Shown here one piece after another: positions 47,749 to 57,718 of a stretch of 64,000 nt of DNA (positions within the stretch are counted from its first letter, which is position 1; the number at the start of each line of letters is the position of its first letter). Below the pieces are notes generated by a model that worked only from the letters and a program-made list of their open reading frames with translations, ran no database searches and was not told the DNA's origin. The stretch spans positions 554 through 64,553 of the forward strand of contig CAYSYT010000003.1 in NCBI GenBank assembly GCA_964435195.1, given 5' to 3'. Position numbers and translations under genes: made by a program. The DNA comes from an uncultured Christensenella sp. GTDB taxonomy: Bacteria > Bacillota > Clostridia > Christensenellales > Borkfalkiaceae.

Positions 47749-49348
47749 TAAAAGGGGAAAAGTTTTCCCCTTTTATCGGTTAGTTTTATACTGTCGGTCC
47801 GCAAACGAAATCCGTTATATAGAACGTCGTTTTACCTCTGCCGCCTAATCTTATCGAATTGTTTGAAGTTCCCTGTCCGTAATAACGTACGGTAACCCAA
47901 CCCGAGCCTTCGTAACCTTCGGTAAGTTCCTCTCCGTTCATAAAGAATTTAATCGATTCGCTTTGATTTGTAATATGCGTAGTATTGTTTATATACACGT
48001 TCGTAAGTCCCGAACCGTTTTTGGGCATTATACAGAAATCTATATCTTGTAGTGCAGTGCTGTATACCTTGAATTCGAGATACTCGTAATTACCTATCGT
48101 TCCGCCGTTTCTGAGTCCTAATGCGTAATTACCGCCTGTCGAACTTGTATAATACTGCCATACGTTGCTTCTGCCTTCGTATTCCCCCACGTAATCCAAT
48201 ACTACCGAACCGTCTCTCGGATTTCCGTTTACTTCAAGAAGCAAAGTGCTTGATTTTCTCTCGCCTGCGTTAAACACTATATCGTAAGCGTTGTAATAAT
48301 ATACGTCGAGCGTGAGCGTACCGTCGGCTAAAACCGTACCCTTATAAGCGTCCGCCTTGCCAGAGGGATATACGTTCGAATTATTTCCGCCGAACCACCT
48401 ATCCGCATAACCGCGACCGTAATCGGTAACACTGCTTCCCGCTACGCCTTTTTTAACGACCGTCTCGCGAATTGTATAAGCCGACGGGTTACTTGCCGTT
48501 CTTACGTAATGGTTTACCGTATACGTGGTATCGAAGAAGTTGTCTTCTTCCGCAAAATACGGTATTCCGTCCGTTCCCGTCTTAAACAACTCGGTATCGA
48601 GTCCGCTAAACGCCATATCGGTATCGCTTTGTAAATAAGTAATTACGTTACCCGTATACGTTTGCGCGTTTTCGCTTCCGAATACTCCGAGCGACAATCC
48701 GCCCATTCTCTTATCCGTACTCATCACCACGTAAACGTTTTCATACGTATTTACAAGCCCTGCTGCCGAACTTCCGTGTCCGCTTGCCGCGTTAAATCCT
48801 ACCAACGCTCCGCTGTCTATCACGTTATTTGCTCTTCGAGTCGAAAAATCAACTACGAAAACACTGTTTTTCACGGTCGCGCCGTACGTCGTTCCCGCTA
48901 TCATACCTACCGTATTTACGATGTTGTCGAATACGTATCCTCTTACGTAAACGTTTTCGACCGTTCCCATAAGTTTTTTTGCAAGTATTCCGCCGCCCGT
49001 TATCGCCTCTTGATACAACACCGCATTGTAGAAGCCTACGTTCTTAACTACGCCGTCTTTACCTACCGTTCCGAACAATCCGTCGCCGTCGTAAATTCCG
49101 TTTGCTATTACGTACCCTCTTCCGTCGAACGTACCTTGGAAGCCGCGTGCGTTATCTCTGTAATACGCTTGTGCGGTCGTTAACGTATCGGGGGTTGCGC
49201 TTACTTTAGTGCTTGCCAAATCTATACTGTTACCGAGAACAAAATATCCGCCGTACGCGTCGGTATCGGCATCTCTTCCGCCCGCCAACGTTTGCAAACT
49301 TAACAATTCTTCAGCCGTGGTTATAACCTTCGTTATGAACAAGCCGTC
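47749..49348. repeat. direct repeat copy 2 (1600 nt)
   Basis: Covers the 3' end of the 1685-aa gene plus the terminator. The offset to copy 1 is 2959 nt over most of the repeat and 2960 nt on the low-coordinate side of the 1-nt loop indel. Confidence 0.9.
47750..47774 (-). terminator. hairpin after the 1685-aa gene (part of repeat copy 2)
   Basis: Same stem as 44790-44815. Confidence 0.45.
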
Positions 49349-52300
49349 TGCGGTTATAACGAAGTTTTCAAAATAGAGAACCAACGTCTGCGTTCCGTAA
49401 GGCGTACCGTCTACGAACGTTATAACGACGTTTTCGCCGTCGAGTGCGGTTTGCAACTCAACGTTACCTATCCACGCTTGCGGTACTTTTTTAATAGTAG
49501 CCGTATCGGTTGCGTCTATTTTTAAATCTTCCGCAAACGACAACGTTAGCGTTTTAGTCAAATCGATGTCGCCGAGTGGGTCAACCGCTCTTTCCGGCAT
49601 TACGTTTTGTACTCTGACCGTTGCGGTGTACTCTTCGCCGAGTTCCGACCAAGTTACGGTAATAATCGCTATACCGGATATTCTTCCCGCTTTTACCAAC
49701 CCGTTAGCGTCTACCGATACGATATCGCTGTTAGAAGACGTCCACGTATAAGTAGGCTCGTTATAATTACTGCCGTTTACTATAAGGCTAACCGTAAGTT
49801 GCTTTTCGGAAATATCCGAAGAATCGCTAACGAATTGCGTCAAAATCAAATCTTTTTCGTTAACGCTTAAAGAAACGTTGTCTTTAACGTTAACGGTAAT
49901 CGTTTCGGTTACTTCAACGCTGCCGCTCTTATACTCTACGGTAATTGTCGTAGTACCCTTTTTAACGCCCGTTATAACGCCGTCGGCAGTTACGGTAGCA
50001 ACCGAATCCGAAGCCGATTTATAAGATATTAAAGATAAATTACCCGTTTTTCCGCCCCAACCGGTTACTACTTTTTCAATAGAAATTTCTTCGGTATCGC
50101 CGACCGTAACGTCAATATTTTTGTTTAATCCCGAGAAGTATGCGTTAAACTCCGTCTTTTTCAACTGTGCGTTAGCGATATATAAATAGCCGTCGTTGTC
50201 TTTTACGGTACTTATAAAGAACAGTCTGCTTAACGTTCCCGCCGAGAAGTCAACGAATTGAACGTGAACTTCGTACCAAGTGTTAGACGCAATGTTTAAC
50301 TGTCGCGTGCCGTCTTTATAGAATTGAATGTATTCTTGATAATCTCTGACGTTTTTGTAAGTCAAACCATTAAGTTGTTTATTTACTATTGCACCGTTTT
50401 CAAAAGTGTAAGCGCTCATATACACGTCGTTTCCGCTCGGGAAATACAAATCGAATACTAATTCCGTATAGCCTTTTTCTACCAACCATGCGTTGGAAAC
50501 ACCCATAAGTTCCGCACGTCTTTCCCAATAAGTTGAAGTATTTACCGAATTAAAGCGGTAAACGTTATCTTTGCCTTGGAACGTACCGATATTTCTTATA
50601 AACATAGAATCTTTACCGGCTGCGTCGCCTATAACTGCGTTTGCGCCGTCGGAATTGCTAACGGCAACGGAATCCTGATATCTGTAATAGAGTTTAAGCG
50701 CAGTACTTCCGTTCGTTTGTACGGTTGCGCTTGCAACGGTATCGGAAACACTCTTATCGACCGCATAACCGCTAATATTCAACGGTAGCGCTTCAATCTT
50801 TGCGCCGACGGCAGTTTTCGAAACGATTTGAGAATACTGTTCGTAACTGTCCGCTTGCGTCCTTTTCTCAACGTAATGAGTAACCGAATATTTAGCGACG
50901 AAACCGATTTCGCTGTTAAAATACGGAACTTCGCCGTCAACCGTCCTCCAAATATCCTTTGGCAATTCGGCGAAAGTAACCGCTGATTCTTCACCGAATC
51001 GAACGGCGGTTATTCCTCTGCCTTGTTCGGCGTATAAACGCTTATTAGCAGTGTTAACGTCGAATAACGCGACGGAATTTTCGTAAACCATATCCGTAAT
51101 AACGTAAACGTTTTCAAACACGCTCGTTTCGTCGGGCAAATACGGGGCTAATACCGCATTGTTCGATTTTGAGGACGAATTCAATTCTCTCGTATTTGAA
51201 TATACCAAACTGATTACGACGTTTCTGTACTTTGCGCCGACGGAAGCATAACATAACGTGCCGTTATTAGTCGTGCTGTTCGTCATAGTCGCCGTAACGG
51301 AAATATTTTCCAAAGTACCGAATATCTTTTGAGCAAACAAACCGCTGCCGTTGGAGTTGTCACTACCGAATTCCGCGTTAACCAACGATAAATTTTTAAC
51401 CGTCGCGTTTCTTCCGATAGTACCGAACAACCCGCCGTTGCCGTTAAACTTACCGTTGGAGAGAACGTATCCTCTACCGTCGAAAGTGCCTTGGAAACCC
51501 GACGTCGGTTTTCTGCTGCTAACCTTGTCCGTCGGTGCGTTTATAACCGTAGCGCCGAGGTCGATATTGTTACCGAGAACGAAATAACCGTCGTAAGCGT
51601 CGTTTTCGTCATCTCTGTTACCCGCCGCCGCGGTGATACTCGCAACGTCGGAAGCCGTTTTCAATATTTTAGTAACGAATAATCCCTCTCTCTTAAAAAT
51701 ACGGTCGGAAAGTTCTATACTTAAAGTCTGCACGCCGAAAGACAATCCGTTAGTCGGTATAACAAGACTTTCTCCGTCAACCGAACCTTCGTTGTCGGTG
51801 TTGCCGATGCCGGATTTTACTATTCCGTTATAACCTTCAATATCCAATTCTGAAAGCGCGACTCTGAAACTTCCGACGGACAAATCGACGTCGCCGAAAC
51901 TTTCGTTTAATTCCACGACCGACTTATACGTATTTACCGTAGTAGAAGCTGTACGTATTTTATCGCCGTAACTATAAGTTGCCGTTATCGCTGCGCTGCC
52001 GACTTTTGTTCCCGACGTAACTTTTCCGCTACCGTCTACGCAAGCGACGTCGCTATCCGAAGAAGACCATTCTACGCTACCGTCGACAGACTTCTCTTCG
52101 CCCTTGTCGGTTAACGTTACGTTAAGTGCCTTTTCGGCGATTTCGCCTTCGTTTATTCCGGAAGTCATAGCAAGTTTTACCGAAACCTCGTCTATGGCAA
52201 AATAAACTTTATCTTTTACGCCGACGGTAAGCGTTGCTTCTATTTCTCTTCCGTCAACGGTGGAATACGCCGTAATTATCGTTTCTCCTATACCGACGCC

Positions 52301-52816
52301 CGTTATAACGCCGTCGGTAACCGTGGCAATCGTCGTATCGTTTGATTTCCACTGTATTACGGCAAACTTATTCTCGACACCTCCTACGGTTACCGTGGCT
52401 TTTACCGAAACGTTATCGTCCTGCCAAATTTCGGTAGAGGTTTTATCGAGCGTAAGTACGGGGTAATATTGCGCGCCCTGTACCGTAACCGTACATACCG
52501 CTTCTGCGTCGCCGACTTTTGCCGTTACCGTCGCAGTACCCGACGATACAGCCGTAATTATACAATCGTATTCTTCGGTATTTAAGTCTTCCGCTACCGT
52601 AATTATTTTTACATCCGAAGATATCCACTCTACGGCGTCGGTAGAATTTTCCACGCTCGCACTGATTTTTTCAACGTTACCCGAACCTTCGATTGTAACC
52701 GAATAACTGTTCAAAGTTATTTTCGTTTTTTTGTCGTCGTTACCGCCGGAGCATCCGACGAAAACGAAACAGAAAACCATAACCATAGTTAAAACGGCAA
52801 TAATTTTATTCTTCAT
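47786..52816 (-). CDS. giant surface lipoprotein with Big_2 Ig-like repeats and two GLUG/beta-helix-like modules
   Basis: Lipobox VFVGCSGG. The start is set at ATG 52816 after an AAGGAG RBS. Architecture: about 4 Big_2-like repeats, module A, about 3 Big_2-like repeats, module B. Confidence 0.75.
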   Translation of the reverse strand: MKNKIIAVLTMVMVFCFVFVGCSGGNDDKKTKITLNSYSVTIEGSGNVEKISASVENSTDAVEWISSDVKIITVAEDLNTEEYDCIITAVSSGTATVTAKVGDAEAVCTVTVQGAQYYPVLTLDKTSTEIWQDDNVSVKATVTVGGVENKFAVIQWKSNDTTIATVTDGVITGVGIGETIITAYSTVDGREIEATLTVGVKDKVYFAIDEVSVKLAMTSGINEGEIAEKALNVTLTDKGEEKSVDGSVEWSSSDSDVACVDGSGKVTSGTKVGSAAITATYSYGDKIRTASTTVNTYKSVVELNESFGDVDLSVGSFRVALSELDIEGYNGIVKSGIGNTDNEGSVDGESLVIPTNGLSFGVQTLSIELSDRIFKREGLFVTKILKTASDVASITAAAGNRDDENDAYDGYFVLGNNIDLGATVINAPTDKVSSRKPTSGFQGTFDGRGYVLSNGKFNGNGGLFGTIGRNATVKNLSLVNAEFGSDNSNGSGLFAQKIFGTLENISVTATMTNSTTNNGTLCYASVGAKYRNVVISLVYSNTRELNSSSKSNNAVLAPYLPDETSVFENVYVITDMVYENSVALFDVNTANKRLYAEQGRGITAVRFGEESAVTFAELPKDIWRTVDGEVPYFNSEIGFVAKYSVTHYVEKRTQADSYEQYSQIVSKTAVGAKIEALPLNISGYAVDKSVSDTVASATVQTNGSTALKLYYRYQDSVAVSNSDGANAVIGDAAGKDSMFIRNIGTFQGKDNVYRFNSVNTSTYWERRAELMGVSNAWLVEKGYTELVFDLYFPSGNDVYMSAYTFENGAIVNKQLNGLTYKNVRDYQEYIQFYKDGTRQLNIASNTWYEVHVQFVDFSAGTLSRLFFISTVKDNDGYLYIANAQLKKTEFNAYFSGLNKNIDVTVGDTEEISIEKVVTGWGGKTGNLSLISYKSASDSVATVTADGVITGVKKGTTTITVEYKSGSVEVTETITVNVKDNVSLSVNEKDLILTQFVSDSSDISEKQLTVSLIVNGSNYNEPTYTWTSSNSDIVSVDANGLVKAGRISGIAIITVTWSELGEEYTATVRVQNVMPERAVDPLGDIDLTKTLTLSFAEDLKIDATDTATIKKVPQAWIGNVELQTALDGENVVITFVDGTPYGTQTLVLYFENFVITADGLFITKVITTAEELLSLQTLAGGRDADTDAYGGYFVLGNSIDLASTKVSATPDTLTTAQAYYRDNARGFQGTFDGRGYVIANGIYDGDGLFGTVGKDGVVKNVGFYNAVLYQEAITGGGILAKKLMGTVENVYVRGYVFDNIVNTVGMIAGTTYGATVKNSVFVVDFSTRRANNVIDSGALVGFNAASGHGSSAAGLVNTYENVYVVMSTDKRMGGLSLGVFGSENAQTYTGNVITYLQSDTDMAFSGLDTELFKTGTDGIPYFAEEDNFFDTTYTVNHYVRTASNPSAYTIRETVVKKGVAGSSVTDYGRGYADRWFGGNNSNVYPSGKADAYKGTVLADGTLTLDVYYYNAYDIVFNAGERKSSTLLLEVNGNPRDGSVVLDYVGEYEGRSNVWQYYTSSTGGNYALGLRNGGTIGNYEYLEFKVYSTALQDIDFCIMPKNGSGLTNVYINNTTHITNQSESIKFFMNGEELTEGYEGSGWVTVRYYGQGTSNNSIRLGGRGKTTFYITDFVCGPTV

Positions 52817-52869
52817 TTTTTTCTCCTTTATGCAACCATACAAAAAGTTAATTCATTTAACGAATAATA

Positions 52870-54720
52870 TCAGGTATCTATTTCGTCAAGACCGAAGCGC
52901 TTCATATCGTATTCGAGCGAATTTCCGTCGCCCACGTAAACGCTTGAAAAGTTATATTCTTCCGATAAAAAGCGGAAAGGAATACTGTCAAGACAAATTC
53001 TGTCGTATAAAAGCGTATATTTGGTTTGATTAACGCCTTTAAGATATTTAATGGTACTGTATGCTTCTTCGATATAACCCATCCATCCGTCGAGCATTGA
53101 TTTCGGCCAATATTCGGCTTTTTCCAATTCCGCCGTACCGCCCTGACCTCTGATTCCGTCTCTGTTAATGATATACGTCATATACGCACTGTATTCGTCA
53201 AAAAGTTTACGCATAGGCGTAGCGGCGTCTTTATAATAATTCTTAAAGAAATCGTCGTAAAGTTTATTTAAATCCGCGTCGTTATTCCACGAAAGATTTG
53301 TACGTACGTACATCTTTAAACGACTCCAATCCGTCCATTTCGCAACGTTACACCTGTCTTCTTCGAAAAGATAAAATACTCCGTTATTTTCAAGATACTT
53401 ATAATAATTTCTTAAATCGTGAAAATCGTAATACGGATGAAAATTCTGTCCTTTATAATAATAGTTGTACGACCAGAACATAAACTTATCGGTAAGCGCC
53501 TTCCATTTTTGCATTATTTCATTGTATTCTTTGTTTTTATCGTTATCGTAACTGTAATATCCCGCTGCGGCTATCGGCGCATATTGAACCAAGAGATTAT
53601 CTTCGAAAATAAGCGATTCGTCGTTTGCCACCCAGTTTCCGTTAGCGTCTTTATGCGCAGGCGCGTCCGTAGTGCTGTGATACGCAAACATATAAAGATA
53701 AATATTTCTTTCCGGACAAACTTCGTTGTTCCAAACTTTTATTCTGCGAGCACATTCGTTCATAAACAAAATCATCGCGGCGGAATCCGTGCCGTAACGG
53801 TCTTTACTTGCTTTGCAATTATCACAAGAACACCACCCGCCGTCATCCATTTGCGTAAAAGACAAAGCCGTCGCATTCGGGTTAGCCAGGAAAGCAGCCT
53901 TCATTTTTTCTACTACGTGTTCGACCAATCCGTCGAAGTCGGTAGTTAAACAAAGCTGTAAACCGTGGTTAGAAACCCACTCGGGATGAGCGGCTCTTTC
54001 AGATTCCGTCACTACCGAAAAGAAATTGTGATAATACGTGCTTCCGAAAGTCATCATGAAATCGCTTTGCATATTAGACATCATTCTTCTCGTATAAGTA
54101 GTGTTGGTCATAGATTCGCCGGTGCCCTGAATTCTCCAAACGATATCGGGGACGTCTACCACGTCTACGTCAACCAGCTTTTCGTCGGTAACGCCGCTTT
54201 GTAAAGCAATTTCGTCGGGAGCATAACATTCGTAATCGAATTGCGCAGATAAAAACCCGTATACGGAGTTAATCGTTCCGTAAATGCTTCCGCCCACCAA
54301 AAATACCGATTGTCCTACGCGTTTCATCATATAACCGGTTTCTTTAAGAGCGGTTTTGTCTACCGTAACGTTCGCGCCCGAGAGCAAAGAAGTTTCACCT
54401 ATTGAAATTACTTTCATTCCGTCCGAATAAACCATATCTTTATCGCTTTCTTGCGTAATGGTTATTCCCGTAGCCTGACGGAAGAAAAGAGAAAATTCGT
54501 TAAGAGCGTAAATCATTAAACTGTCGTCTTTTTGCTCTTCGGGGTATACGAGTTTATACTCGGTAACACTGTTTTTTACCAAGTCGTACTCGCTGCTTTG
54601 ATAAGTAGGCGTTTCTACGGCTTCCTCCTCTTCTTTATTACCGCCGCTGCAAGCAACTGCGGTAAACATCGTCAGAACCGTCAACGAAATCGCCAAAAAT
54701 CTTTTTAATAATTTCTTCAT
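52870..54720 (-). CDS. DUF4838-like lipoprotein (putative glycoside-hydrolase-like)
   Basis: 616 aa with lipobox TAVACSGG. The overall pattern, including WCSCDNC, resembles DUF4838 proteins found in polysaccharide-utilisation loci. This is a recalled resemblance, not a search result. Confidence 0.4.
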   Translation of the reverse strand: MKKLLKRFLAISLTVLTMFTAVACSGGNKEEEEAVETPTYQSSEYDLVKNSVTEYKLVYPEEQKDDSLMIYALNEFSLFFRQATGITITQESDKDMVYSDGMKVISIGETSLLSGANVTVDKTALKETGYMMKRVGQSVFLVGGSIYGTINSVYGFLSAQFDYECYAPDEIALQSGVTDEKLVDVDVVDVPDIVWRIQGTGESMTNTTYTRRMMSNMQSDFMMTFGSTYYHNFFSVVTESERAAHPEWVSNHGLQLCLTTDFDGLVEHVVEKMKAAFLANPNATALSFTQMDDGGWCSCDNCKASKDRYGTDSAAMILFMNECARRIKVWNNEVCPERNIYLYMFAYHSTTDAPAHKDANGNWVANDESLIFEDNLLVQYAPIAAAGYYSYDNDKNKEYNEIMQKWKALTDKFMFWSYNYYYKGQNFHPYYDFHDLRNYYKYLENNGVFYLFEEDRCNVAKWTDWSRLKMYVRTNLSWNNDADLNKLYDDFFKNYYKDAATPMRKLFDEYSAYMTYIINRDGIRGQGGTAELEKAEYWPKSMLDGWMGYIEEAYSTIKYLKGVNQTKYTLLYDRICLDSIPFRFLSEEYNFSSVYVGDGNSLEYDMKRFGLDEIDT

Positions 54721-54734
54721 TTTCGTTCACCCCT

Positions 54735-57701
54735 TTATGCAACTTTAATCTTAAATACTTTCAAAGCGATATTTCCCGCCTCGTCCTGAGCATAATATTT
54801 TATAGTCCATTCGCCCGCTTTATCGAACGTTAACGTTTCGGAACTACAAACGTATAATGCTCCCGTGGGGTCGTTTACGAGAATACATTTTTCAACGTCT
54901 TCCGCAGCGCTTATATTATCGGTAACGGTCATCGTCGGAAGTTTCAAACCGTCGCCGACCTTATAACTTTCTTTAATTTCGCCGTTCACCGTTATTTGCG
55001 GTATTTCCATATCCAAAACGTTAACGGTCAATCTGTAAGTTTCCGACCTGCCCGTGCAGTTGTAAACGGTATAAGTTATTCTGTAACTGCCGTATTCCGA
55101 AAGAGTGATTTCGTGCGATTCAACTCCGTTAGCGTTACCGAGCAATTTCCCGGAAGGACCCGAAACAGTTACGGTGGCGCTGACTTGCGTATCGAGAACG
55201 TCTTGTACGCTCAACGAATTAACCGTAAGCACGGAATTAAGGTCTAACTGTTCGGGGTAATCCCCGTTAACTTTGAATTGCGGTTTATGGTTAGAAACGT
55301 TAAACGTCGAAGTCAAAACCTGTCCGTTAATATTCGTCAAAGAAACTTGCGCATCGCCCGTGATATCCAACAGTTTTAAAGAAACATCGTATTCGATTGC
55401 GGAAAAAATTTCGCTTATTTTCAAGCTCAAAGAACCGCCGTCTAATATCTTGCCGTCGTTATACGAAAGTTGCAACGTTTTTCCGCCCGTAAATCCGCCG
55501 TTCTTTACCGATACTTGGGTATTTTTGCCGTTTACGTAATATACCGTGCCGCTATCGACTTTTACCAATTCTATTTTAAGTTGATTATCTTGATTATGCG
55601 CATCAGTCAACAGTATTTGCAAACGTCCGAATCGATTTTTATCGGTGTCTATTTTTATGCCGAGTTCGAAACGGTGCGTCATTAAAGATTTAATATATTT
55701 TATTTCTCCCGAATCGCCGGACTTCGTATTCGCCGTAAACGAAACGCAACCCTCTTCTTGCGATACGGTAAAATCGGAAGCGTCGAAATATTTAGAAAAT
55801 GCTAATTTTTCTTCACCGTCAACCGTTTCCGTTACTTTTATAACCTTAACGGTAAATTCATCCGTTTGGCTGCTTCCTACGGAATTTTTAGCGACGTATT
55901 TTACTTTGATATCGCCAACCGCCGTCGGAGTAAACGGATTTGACGCTTTTTGTCCGTCAACGTATAATTCCGACTGTACGTACGAATCCGTTCCGTAAAC
56001 GTATGCCGACGGCAAATCGAAATCGTAACTTTGTCCGTAAATCAAATATTCGGGGCAACTTACTTCTCCGAATACAGGTAAAGAATCGTCTACGACGGTT
56101 ACCGTATGATTAGCGCTTTCGATTCTACCCGTAACGTCGGTAACCGTATATACTAACGTATAAACGCCTTCCGACCTCGGTATAAACGTATCGGTTATCA
56201 CTTCCGTTCCGCCGTTCGGCTTGGTTGCGGTTATCGTTACCGTAAGATTGCCCGAACCTTTTGAAACGTCGTAACTCGGCAACGCGTAAGCGTAACCGAC
56301 TTTACCCTCGCCCGTCGCGGAACTTAACGAAATCGCAGGGTTTTCGGTCGTTCCCGTAGCGAAGCGTAAAACCTTTTCGCCAACGTTGCCGAATCTGTCG
56401 GTTGCCGTATAGACCAATGCGTACACGCCGTTTCTGTCGATAGAAATTTTTTCGTCTTTTATTTGCAATTCGGCTCTGCCGTTGGTATCGTATGCGTAAT
56501 ACGCCCTTACGTTTACAGTTCTTTCACCGCTGTACAAATCGAACGCTGTAGCGTCGAATACGGGGTAAGTTTTACCTTTTACCGCAAGGGGAAGATAATC
56601 TTCGGAATAGCCGGAAGTATTTACCGTTATTACGGGTGCTTCGTCGTCTACAAACTCCGATTCTTCGAGGTCGAAATCCGCTAATTTAGTTATAATAAAG
56701 TTGAAATGCGAACCCACGTAGCCCGTCGCTTCTATCGAAAGCATAACCTCGTCCGAAGTAAAGCCCGACCAAGCGTCTTGCGGTAAATATTTCGTATATT
56801 TGGGGTCGTCGAAATCGGCAATCATAAGAGTCGCCGAATAAGAAGAAATCCACAACTGTTTTTCTTCGGGTTTATAGATAATCCCTACGGGGTCTTGCCC
56901 TGTCGGGTTATAATTAGAACCTACCGTTTCCGCATTACCGTAAAAAGACGTGTATACCGCCTGTCCGAAACGGTCGTTAACGTGAATTCTGTTTATATCC
57001 GAATAATCCTGTGCGATGGGGCTTTGTCCGCAAGGCGCCGCCAAAGCGTAAGAAACCGAATATACGTACGGTGCGCCGTTAAACGCAACGCTTTGTATCT
57101 TTATCGAAAGGTAATTGCTTGAATCGTGAATATCGGTAAGCCTTATCCACATTGCGGAAGCGTCTCTCGTACCCTTCGTTTGCGGGGTTAAGTTAAAATT
57201 CAAAAAACTTTTCCCGTCGAATTGTTTAAGGTCGATAACCTTGTTTACGTTAAAAGTTTCGCTTTCCGCAAGAGCGACGTCTAATCCGACTAAACCCGTG
57301 TTAAAATTCGAATCGTCTTTTCCGTAACGAATCGTACTGTTTTCTCCCGATACCGAATAAGCATTTTGAACAACCTTAAACGATTGAGTTTCTTTAACGA
57401 GTTGTCCGCCTATTTTGGCGCGATACTCAACCGTATATTGTCCGGGGTCCTCGAAGGTAACCTTCGAAGTTGCAACCGCCGTGCCGTCGGGATAGTACAA
57501 AATAATATCCGCGTTTGCGTTACCCGACGAATTTGAAAGAGTACGCGAAGGAATGACCAAAGTTTCGCCGACTTTGTAAGTTTCGGCAATAATCCCTTCC
57601 GTAGCCTTAGTGTTTACATTGGAAAACGCAAACAAACAAAACGAAACCGCCAAAACGAACAATAAAACGACAATTCCGCTTCTCTTCAATTTTTTCGTCA
57701 T
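54735..57701 (-). CDS. large secreted protein with multiple Ig-like (DUF5011/HYR-like) domains
   Basis: 988 aa with an N-terminal signal anchor. It has repeated G-x-Y-x-hydrophobic-x-Y-x-x-x-D/N-x-x-G segments (GVYALVYTATDRFGN, GVYTLVYTVTDVTGR, GSYRITYTVYNCTGR, GEWTIKYYAQDEAGN). Confidence 0.6.
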   Translation of the reverse strand: MTKKLKRSGIVVLLFVLAVSFCLFAFSNVNTKATEGIIAETYKVGETLVIPSRTLSNSSGNANADIILYYPDGTAVATSKVTFEDPGQYTVEYRAKIGGQLVKETQSFKVVQNAYSVSGENSTIRYGKDDSNFNTGLVGLDVALAESETFNVNKVIDLKQFDGKSFLNFNLTPQTKGTRDASAMWIRLTDIHDSSNYLSIKIQSVAFNGAPYVYSVSYALAAPCGQSPIAQDYSDINRIHVNDRFGQAVYTSFYGNAETVGSNYNPTGQDPVGIIYKPEEKQLWISSYSATLMIADFDDPKYTKYLPQDAWSGFTSDEVMLSIEATGYVGSHFNFIITKLADFDLEESEFVDDEAPVITVNTSGYSEDYLPLAVKGKTYPVFDATAFDLYSGERTVNVRAYYAYDTNGRAELQIKDEKISIDRNGVYALVYTATDRFGNVGEKVLRFATGTTENPAISLSSATGEGKVGYAYALPSYDVSKGSGNLTVTITATKPNGGTEVITDTFIPRSEGVYTLVYTVTDVTGRIESANHTVTVVDDSLPVFGEVSCPEYLIYGQSYDFDLPSAYVYGTDSYVQSELYVDGQKASNPFTPTAVGDIKVKYVAKNSVGSSQTDEFTVKVIKVTETVDGEEKLAFSKYFDASDFTVSQEEGCVSFTANTKSGDSGEIKYIKSLMTHRFELGIKIDTDKNRFGRLQILLTDAHNQDNQLKIELVKVDSGTVYYVNGKNTQVSVKNGGFTGGKTLQLSYNDGKILDGGSLSLKISEIFSAIEYDVSLKLLDITGDAQVSLTNINGQVLTSTFNVSNHKPQFKVNGDYPEQLDLNSVLTVNSLSVQDVLDTQVSATVTVSGPSGKLLGNANGVESHEITLSEYGSYRITYTVYNCTGRSETYRLTVNVLDMEIPQITVNGEIKESYKVGDGLKLPTMTVTDNISAAEDVEKCILVNDPTGALYVCSSETLTFDKAGEWTIKYYAQDEAGNIALKVFKIKVA

Positions 57702-57718
57702 TTTCTCCTTTTCCTCCT

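Noticed and set aside
44789-49348. The possibility that the repeat pair is a diversity-generating retroelement (template and variable repeats).
   Set aside because: There is no reverse transcriptase gene in the window. The copies are identical rather than differing at adenine positions, and they are far longer (1.6 kb) than DGR repeats.
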